52,671 nucleotides of DNA from a bacterium (lineage in GTDB: Bacteria > Eisenbacteria > RBG-16-71-46): the NCBI GenBank assembly GCA_043779265.1, contig JAYWEM010000179.1, positions 1 through 52,671 on the forward strand. The letters are read 5' to 3'. How positions within the stretch are numbered: position 1 is the first letter of the stretch; each line of letters begins with the position of its first letter. Below are positions 1 through 6,056 of the stretch, in pieces. The notes under the pieces were generated by a model. That model was not told the DNA's origin. It ran no database searches and saw nothing but the letters and a program-made list of their open reading frames with translations. The position numbers and the translations under genes are program-made.

Positions 1-37
1 CCGCACGCTGGTGCGCCGCGTCGCGGTGTCGAGGTAG
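1..37 (+). CDS. 3' end of a gene entering from the left, probably a secreted protein with a FlgD/T9SS-like C-terminal domain (partial)
   Basis: Frame from base 2 reads RTLVRRVAVSR-TAG(35-37). This matches the C-termini of three other CTD proteins in the window (TRMVITR, RRLVVLP, RRVVVLR). A hairpin follows at 79-113. Confidence 0.5.
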   Translation, partial: RTLVRRVAVSR

Positions 38-73
38 CGCGAGGGGCGGTCCCAGTCAGACAGCCGTTCATCC

Positions 74-113
74 AACGAAACCGCCTCGCGCCGAGTCCCG
101 GCGCGAGGCGGTT
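74..113. terminator. Intrinsic terminator hairpin between convergent genes
   Basis: 15-bp perfect inverted repeat AACCGCCTCGCGCCG(79-93)/CGGCGCGAGGCGGTT(99-113) with a 5-nt loop. The minus strand ends in TTTCGTT, just downstream of the mglA stop. Confidence 0.8.
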
Positions 114-125
114 CGATTCTGAAGC

Positions 126-146
126 GGCTGTCGAACGATCAGGCGG
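126..146. repeat. 21-bp direct repeat, copy 1 (GGCTGTCGAACGATCAGGCGG)
   Basis: Identical to 1534-1554. It overlaps the mglA stop codon. Confidence 0.9.
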
Positions 147-1197
147 CCTTGTCGACCTCGATGCGAAGCACGATCTCGTACGTGGCACCGGGCGCGAGGC
201 GCACGGGCACGACGAGCGGCGTGACGTTCGAGCCGGCAGGAGCGCCGGTGTCGATGCGGACGACGGGTGCCGGCGTTGCGACCGCCGCCACGGGTGCCGC
301 CGCGATCTTCATCACGACCGGCTGAGGCTGAGCGGCAGCTGCCGGAGCGGCTGCCGTCACCGCGACCGGTGTCGGCTCGACGATCCGGTTGATGAGCGGT
401 GCCGGTGCCATACCCGGAAGCTCGATCTCACGGCCGTAGTCGAGCGGCTCACCCTCCACCTCGGGAGCGGCCGTCGTGGCCGCCTCGTGGGCGATGGTCT
501 GAGCGGGAGCGATCGGCGGGGCCGTGCTGCGCACGGTCTCGCGCGGGAGCATCCCCGACGCGGGCTCGATATTGGCGGCCGGTCTCGACGCGGTGGTCGG
601 CGTGCGACGGAGGTCCTTGGTGACCTTCTCCATCAGCAGATGCGAGATGCCGCGGAACGTCTCGAAGACGCCCTTGCCGTCGCGAGCACAGGCTTCGAAG
701 CTCGGCACGCGATTGCCCGGGTTCAACTCGGCGTTCAACTCCTCGACCGTGTAGACGTTCGGAAGGTCGCGCTTGTTGTACTGCAGGACCCACGGAATCG
801 AATCCAACTGGATCCCGTACTCCGTGAGGTTCGCGCGCAGGTTGCCGAGCGACTCCTTGTTCTCCTCCATCTTCCCGACTTCCGAGTCGGCCACGAACAC
901 GATCGCGTCGGCGCCCTTGAGCACCAGCTTGCGGGTTGCGTTGTAGAAGACCTGGCCCGGAACCGTATAGAGGAGGAAGCGGGTCTTGAACCCCATGATC
1001 TCACCGAGATCGAGGGGGAGCAGATCGAAGAAGAGCGTCCGATCGGACTGCGTCTTCATGCTCACCATCTTGCCGCGGCTCGTATCGGGCACGGCCTCGT
1101 AGATGGCTTCGAGGTTCGTCGTCTTACCGCTCAAGCCTGCGCCGTAATAGACCAGCTTGGCGTTGATTTCCTTGCCCGAATAGCTCACGACGACCAC
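139..1197 (-). CDS. mglA: MglA-family small GTPase with a ~150-aa Pro/Ala-rich C-terminal extension
   Basis: KEINAKLVYYG-AGLSGKTT (G1), DRTLFFD (cis Arg finger), TVPGQVFY, NKRDL (G4). RBS AAGGAGG precedes the GTG start. Confidence 0.9.
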   Translation of the reverse strand: MVVVSYSGKEINAKLVYYGAGLSGKTTNLEAIYEAVPDTSRGKMVSMKTQSDRTLFFDLLPLDLGEIMGFKTRFLLYTVPGQVFYNATRKLVLKGADAIVFVADSEVGKMEENKESLGNLRANLTEYGIQLDSIPWVLQYNKRDLPNVYTVEELNAELNPGNRVPSFEACARDGKGVFETFRGISHLLMEKVTKDLRRTPTTASRPAANIEPASGMLPRETVRSTAPPIAPAQTIAHEAATTAAPEVEGEPLDYGREIELPGMAPAPLINRIVEPTPVAVTAAAPAAAAQPQPVVMKIAAAPVAAVATPAPVVRIDTGAPAGSNVTPLVVPVRLAPGATYEIVLRIEVDKAA

Positions 1198-1410
1198 GGT
1201 TCAATTCCTCCTTGTAGTGACCCCACCCGTTCGCGAGGCGATTCCCATGGAGCCCCTTGCCGCCCTTTCTCCACAGGGACCTCGAGTGCCCACATCTCTC
1301 GATGCGAGCCGGATGGGGTCGCCACACTGGTTCAGGGCCCGATCGGCAGTCGCACCCCAGCGGGATGCGCACCTCGGGTTCGGACCGGTGACGACTCCAG
1401 ACTGGGAATG

Positions 1411-1438
1411 CTATCGGCGCCGTATCGCACGGGCTTGA
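1411..1438 (-). promoter_or_regulatory. Putative sigma28-like promoter for mglA
   Basis: Minus strand TCAAG-N15-GCCGATAG resembles the FliA/SigD consensus T(A/C)AA-N15/16-GCCGATAA. Confidence 0.4.
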
Positions 1439-1468
1439 AGGGTTTCTCAGCGGTTCTCGCCTGGCGCC

Positions 1469-1484
1469 GTTACGGGCCCGTAAC
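1469..1484. promoter_or_regulatory. Perfect 16-bp palindrome, candidate transcription-factor site
   Basis: GTTACGGGCCCGTAAC is its own reverse complement. It is intergenic, about 30 bp upstream of the putative mglA promoter. Confidence 0.45.
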
Positions 1485-1533
1485 ACATTGCGCCGCGCAG
1501 TCCTTGCGGGGACGGCGCGGCGCACGAGCGGGA

Positions 1534-1554
1534 GGCTGTCGAACGATCAGGCGG
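1534..1554. repeat. 21-bp direct repeat, copy 2
   Basis: Identical to 126-146. It overlaps the stop codon of the 1547-1963 gene. Confidence 0.9.
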
Positions 1555-1963
1555 GCACGGGGGCCTTGTCGCGGACGATCCAGATGCCCGGTCGCTCGTG
1601 CAACTGGGTCTGGATGCGGCCCTCATCGGGCGAATAGTGCGACAGGAAGATCCGCTTGAGGTCCGCCGCCTCGTCGCTCGGGAAGTAGCGGCGCTGGCGC
1701 GTGAACATCTCGTCGCGGTCCGAGTACACGAACGCCGTGACCTCGGTCACGCGCTCGAACTGGTCCTGCGAGTACGCGGCCTCGGGCGAATCCTCCATGT
1801 CGAGCCAGAGCGAGGCGCGAGGCGTGCTGATCTCGAAGTCGTGGCGCGACGCCATCAGGTGCTCCCACAGCCCGAAGATCTCGATGGGCACGAAGCGAAC
1901 TTGTGGCTTGCCTGTGGACCCGCGCTTGCGCAGCGCACAACGGATGAGCTTCTGGCTGGACAT
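1547..1963 (-). CDS. Hypothetical protein, 138 aa (MSSQKLIRCALRKRG...)
   Basis: Globular, aromatic-rich sequence from the ATG at 1963, with a GGGGAGGGG RBS upstream. The longer ORF-track N-terminus is low-complexity and overlaps the divergent promoter. Confidence 0.75.
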   Translation of the reverse strand: MSSQKLIRCALRKRGSTGKPQVRFVPIEIFGLWEHLMASRHDFEISTPRASLWLDMEDSPEAAYSQDQFERVTEVTAFVYSDRDEMFTRQRRYFPSDEAADLKRIFLSHYSPDEGRIQTQLHERPGIWIVRDKAPVPA

Positions 1964-2109
1964 GCGTCGACCCCTCCCCTGCGGTGGAAGTCCGCCGCCG
2001 CTCGTCCGAGGGGCTGCGGGGCTCCACTTCCCTGTGCGGCCGCATCGTAGCGCGGCCGGGCCGCTATCGCCATGGCAAGTCTCGTCTTGGGACCGGGCCC
2101 CAGCACCCC

Positions 2110-2139
2110 TTGACACCCCCCCGCGGCGACTTCTACGGT
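2110..2139 (+). promoter_or_regulatory. Sigma70-type promoter of the acyltransferase operon
   Basis: TTGACA-N18-TACGGT about 85 bp upstream of the ATG at 2223, which has RBS GAGGAG. Confidence 0.65.
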
Positions 2140-2222
2140 CCTCCGCGAACCGGTCCCAGCCGGTCGGAAGGCCCCACCGCGAAGCGCGCCCATGAGGGGC
2201 GCCGCGAGCCCTGAGGAGAAGC

Positions 2223-3116
2223 ATGTCCCGACTCGTCTACGGCTGGCTCACCACCTTGATCGCCGGCATGCCCATGTGGCTCGGCTATCTGCTGGCCGAC
2301 GCTTTCTCCGAGGTGCATTACCGCTGCTTCCCGTCGCGTCGGCACGCGGCGCTGGCCAACCTGGCGGTCATCATGCCGCGCGCCTCGAGGCGCGATCGGG
2401 TCGCCATCGCGCGCAAGATGATGCGGTCGTACAACCGCATGATGTTCGAGTTCTTCCGCCTGCCCCACCTCTCGCGCCCCGAACTGCTCGCCTCGGTCGA
2501 GGTCGTCGGCAAAGAGCACCTCGACAAGGCGCTCGAGCGCGGACGCGGCTGCATCATCGCCTCCACCCACATCGGCAACTGGGAGCTGGCCGCGGTGATG
2601 GTGGCGCAATGGGGCTACGCCCTGCATGCCGTCGCCGGCGTTCAGTTGGGCCGCTGGCTCTCGGGCGCGGTGCGCGACACCAAGAGCGAACTGTCGATCG
2701 TGACGATCAGCCCCGAGGACGGCTTTCGCAAGCTGATCCGTGCGCTCGAGCACAACGACCCGGTGGCGTTAGTCGTCGATGGCGACATCTACCGGCATGG
2801 CACCGAGGTCGAGTTGTTCGGTCGGCCCTATCAGTTCCCCGCCGGGCCCGGCGTCCTCGCCCAGCGTCTGGGCACGCCGATCATCTGCGGCTACTGCGAG
2901 CGCGTCGGGCCGGGTCGGTTCCGCATCGTCATCGAACCGGCGCTCGAGCCGACCCAGTTCGCCTCGACGGCTGATCTGAATCAGGCCGTCGCACACACCG
3001 TCGAGCGCCACATCCGAGAACACCTCGACCAGTGGTGCATCTTCCGCCCGATGTTCAAGCCCGCGCCCGTTGAGGCGCCCGAGTTGGCCGGCCAGCCGCG
3101 CAGCGTGGACGCGTGA
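2223..3116 (+). CDS. Lipid acyltransferase, LpxL/PatA family (phosphatidylinositol mannoside acyltransferase-like)
   Basis: GKEHLDKALERGRG, HIGNWE catalytic motif, ALVVDGD, VELFG, PAGP and DQW motifs. Confidence 0.85.
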   Translation: MSRLVYGWLTTLIAGMPMWLGYLLADAFSEVHYRCFPSRRHAALANLAVIMPRASRRDRVAIARKMMRSYNRMMFEFFRLPHLSRPELLASVEVVGKEHLDKALERGRGCIIASTHIGNWELAAVMVAQWGYALHAVAGVQLGRWLSGAVRDTKSELSIVTISPEDGFRKLIRALEHNDPVALVVDGDIYRHGTEVELFGRPYQFPAGPGVLAQRLGTPIICGYCERVGPGRFRIVIEPALEPTQFASTADLNQAVAHTVERHIREHLDQWCIFRPMFKPAPVEAPELAGQPRSVDA

Positions 3117-4264
3117 GGATCGGGATCGTCACGCAGTCCTACTATCCCCGCTACGGCGGTGTCACCGAGCACGTGCATGCCCTGGCGATGGAGCTGCGGC
3201 GCCGTGGGCACGAGGTGACCATCATCACCAGTCGCTTCCGGCAGGGCGAGATGGGCGAGCAGCAGGGCGTGCGGAGGATCGGGTACAACATCCTGATCCC
3301 ATTCAATCGCGCTTTCGTCGACTGCACGATCGGCTGGGGACTCAAGGGCCAGCTCAAGCGCGCGATCCGCGAACTCGACCTGGATGTCGTGCACGTGCAC
3401 TGCCCTTCGGCACCCACCCTTCCGGTGTTCGCGGTGCAGGTCAGCGACCGCCCCACCGTCGGCACGTTCCACTCGACGGGTGGCCGCACGGCGCTGCAGG
3501 ACATCTTCCAGCCGATGGTCGGGCCGCTCATGGCCGGGCTCGATGCGAAGATCGCCGTCAGCACCACGGCTGAGCAGACCGCCTCGATCTACTACCCGGG
3601 CCCCTATGAGGTCATCCCGAACGGTGTCGACATCGAGCGATTCCACCCGCTCGTCATGCCATTCCCCGAATGGCGCGATCCGGACAAGATCAACCTGCTG
3701 TTCGTCGGCCGGCTCGATCCGCGCAAGGGCGTTCAGGACCTGATCAACGCGATGCCCGAGCTGATCGAGCGCACCGATGGTCGCGCGCGCCTGCTCGTCG
3801 TCGGCGATTCCTATCTGCGCCCTCAGGTCGAGGCCGAGGTCCCCGGCGCCGCCAAGGGGCACGTGCACTTCCTCGGTCATGTCCCGAGCGCCGATCTGCC
3901 GCGCTGGTATGCGACCGGCGATATCTTCTGCTCGCCCGCGACCGGAAACGAGAGCTTCGGGATCGTGCTCGTCGAGGCGATGGCCGCGGGACGCGCGGTC
4001 GCGTGCTCGGACATCCCCGGCTATCGCACCGTGGTCACGCCGGGCCGCGACGCCGCCTGCTTCCCTCCCGGCGACGTGCGCGCCATCGCCCGGACGATCG
4101 CCCAGCTGGTCGAGGATCCCGCGCGCCGCGGCCGCCTCGCCGAGGCGGGCCGGCAGCGAGCGCTCGAGTTCGCCTGGCCGCGCGTGGTCGATCGCATCGA
4201 AGCCTCCTACCGCGAGGCGGTGGGGCATCACAAGGCCGTGCTGGCGGGGCACCACGTCGCCTGA
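3113..4264 (+). CDS. GT4 glycosyltransferase, PimA-like
   Basis: MRIGIV..Y.P..GGV..HV..LA, VGTFH, IPNGVD, FVGRLDPRKG, GNESFGIVLVEAMAAG. GTGA overlap with the upstream gene. Confidence 0.85.
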   Translation: MRIGIVTQSYYPRYGGVTEHVHALAMELRRRGHEVTIITSRFRQGEMGEQQGVRRIGYNILIPFNRAFVDCTIGWGLKGQLKRAIRELDLDVVHVHCPSAPTLPVFAVQVSDRPTVGTFHSTGGRTALQDIFQPMVGPLMAGLDAKIAVSTTAEQTASIYYPGPYEVIPNGVDIERFHPLVMPFPEWRDPDKINLLFVGRLDPRKGVQDLINAMPELIERTDGRARLLVVGDSYLRPQVEAEVPGAAKGHVHFLGHVPSADLPRWYATGDIFCSPATGNESFGIVLVEAMAAGRAVACSDIPGYRTVVTPGRDAACFPPGDVRAIARTIAQLVEDPARRGRLAEAGRQRALEFAWPRVVDRIEASYREAVGHHKAVLAGHHVA

Positions 4265-4271
4265 TGCGTCC

Positions 4272-5528
4272 ATGACCGGGGCGCCCGACACGCGTCCATT
4301 GCTCCAGCAGCGCGACTTCGCGGCGCTGTGGTGGGGCCAGCTGATCTCGCTGCTGGGCGACCGCCTCAACTACCTCGCGCTGGGCGGCCTGCTGCTGCAG
4401 CACACCGGACGGTTCGCGGATCTCACCCAGAGCAGCATCCTGCTCGGAATCCTCGGTAACGTCATGCTGGCGCCGGTGCTGCTGTTCGCGCCGTTCGCCG
4501 GCCCTTGGGTCGATCGCTGGAATCTGCGCACGACACTCATCGTGAGCGACCTGGCCCGCACCGCGCTCGTGGTGGCGATCCCGATCTCCTACGCGCTGAC
4601 CGAGCACATCGGCATCACGTTCGCGCTCGTGTTCCTGATGTTCACCTGCAACGTGTTCTTCCTGCCCGCCAAGAGCGCGATGACGCCCGAGCTGGTGCCG
4701 CCCTCTCAGCTGCTCGCGGCGAACACGCTGCTGTCGATCGCGGGGATCATCGCGACGGCGGTCGGCGCGCTGCTCGGGGGCTGGATCGTGGACCACTGGG
4801 GTTGGTCGACCGCGATGTGGATCGATGCGGTGACCTATCTCGTATCGGTCGGCACGCTCGCACTGATCCGTTATCAGGGGAAGCCCCGTGAGAGCCTGCC
4901 CTCGGTGACGCTCCGCAGCTACCTGCGCGAAATCGGTGAGGGCGTGCAGATCGTGCGGCGATCCGCGGCCGTCGGACTCGCACTGACGGCGCTCGCGGCC
5001 ATCTGGTTGGGCGGGGGGTTCCTGCACGTGGCGGGCAACCAGCACATCCAGAACGCGGCGAGCCTGCCGGGCATGGAGCGGATCGGCATCCTGATGGCGG
5101 TGCTGGGGCTCGGCGCCGCACTCGGGACGTGGTGGGTCAACACGCAGGGTCGGCGCGTGGCACGGCCTCTCCTGCTCGGCTTCGGTCTCGTGATGACGTC
5201 GGTGTGGATGCTCGGCTTCGCGATGAGTTCGCTGTTCGCCGTCTTCGCGCTTGCCGGCTTCCTGATCGGCGTCTGCATCGCACCGACGTTCGTACTCACG
5301 GAGACGCTGCTTCAGGAGGGCACCGAGGTGCATCAGCGAGGGCGCGTGTTCGCGATGCGCGACTTCGCGATGCGGCTGGCGTTCCAGGTCGCCATCCTGA
5401 TCGCGGCCTTCCTCACACCGCTCCTCGGCACCCCGAGCACGATGGTCGTGGCCGCCGGCGTCATCGCCGTGGCCGGCGTGCTGTCGCTGGCCTGGGGCCG
5501 GCGATTCCCGGAGTTGATGCGCAGCTGA
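4272..5528 (+). CDS. MFS transporter (DHA3/LplT-like)
   Basis: DFAALWWGQLISLLGD, motif-A-like GPWVDRWNLR, QRGRVF and about 12 hydrophobic segments. The start is the ATG at 4272 within ORF 3777..5528. Confidence 0.85.
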   Translation: MTGAPDTRPLLQQRDFAALWWGQLISLLGDRLNYLALGGLLLQHTGRFADLTQSSILLGILGNVMLAPVLLFAPFAGPWVDRWNLRTTLIVSDLARTALVVAIPISYALTEHIGITFALVFLMFTCNVFFLPAKSAMTPELVPPSQLLAANTLLSIAGIIATAVGALLGGWIVDHWGWSTAMWIDAVTYLVSVGTLALIRYQGKPRESLPSVTLRSYLREIGEGVQIVRRSAAVGLALTALAAIWLGGGFLHVAGNQHIQNAASLPGMERIGILMAVLGLGAALGTWWVNTQGRRVARPLLLGFGLVMTSVWMLGFAMSSLFAVFALAGFLIGVCIAPTFVLTETLLQEGTEVHQRGRVFAMRDFAMRLAFQVAILIAAFLTPLLGTPSTMVVAAGVIAVAGVLSLAWGRRFPELMRS

Positions 5529-5537
5529 GCCGGTCGC

Positions 5538-6002
5538 TCAGCGGGCCTCGGCGGCCGGCAGCAGGTCGATGCCGAATCGCTCGCGCAGTTCCGCCCCGAA
5601 CGCCTCGGGCGGCGCTCCGCTGCCCGCGCGGCGCCGGTAGTCATCGAACGCCTCGAGCAGAGCCGGGCCGTGCTCTCGGAACAGGCGCTGCTGGCTCGCC
5701 GCCTCGAACAGCCCAGGGCCCACCTTCGCCACCAGGGCATCGAGCGCGGCGCGCGCGTGAGCCTCGGCCGGACTCGTGGCCGCCGTCTGGGTGCCACCCA
5801 GGGAGCGCTCGAGCGGCGCCGTGGTCGCGATCTCCTGCGGTGTCGACTCCTCGGCCGCCTCGCACACCTGCCCGTCGGCATCGACATCGAATCGCTTCGA
5901 GCAGACGGGACAACGCACGCGGGCCCCGCGCATCCCCATGAGACTCTGGGGCAGCAGGTACTCGCGCTTGCAGGAGGGACAGCCGATCGTGAACCCGGTC
6001 AT
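5538..6002 (-). CDS. MJ0042-type zinc-ribbon protein
   Basis: N-terminal CPSC-x(19)-CPVC with G.RVRC, then a linker and a helical C-terminal domain. Confidence 0.8.
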   Translation of the reverse strand: MTGFTIGCPSCKREYLLPQSLMGMRGARVRCPVCSKRFDVDADGQVCEAAEESTPQEIATTAPLERSLGGTQTAATSPAEAHARAALDALVAKVGPGLFEAASQQRLFREHGPALLEAFDDYRRRAGSGAPPEAFGAELRERFGIDLLPAAEAR

Positions 6003-6008
6003 GCGCGG

Positions 6009-6037
6009 ACTCTAGCGCTTGGCCACTCCACTCGCCA
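6009..6037 (-). promoter_or_regulatory. Putative promoter for a leaderless transcript
   Basis: TGGCGA-N17-TAGAGT with the -10 box 6 nt before the ATG at 6002. No RBS is visible. Confidence 0.45.
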
Positions 6038-6056
6038 TGCCGAGCGTCACGCGGGT

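Noticed and set aside
2140..2222. Possible SRP-like or riboswitch RNA in the acyltransferase leader
   Set aside because: Only short GC stems are present. It lacks the SRP core motif and any riboswitch consensus I recognise.
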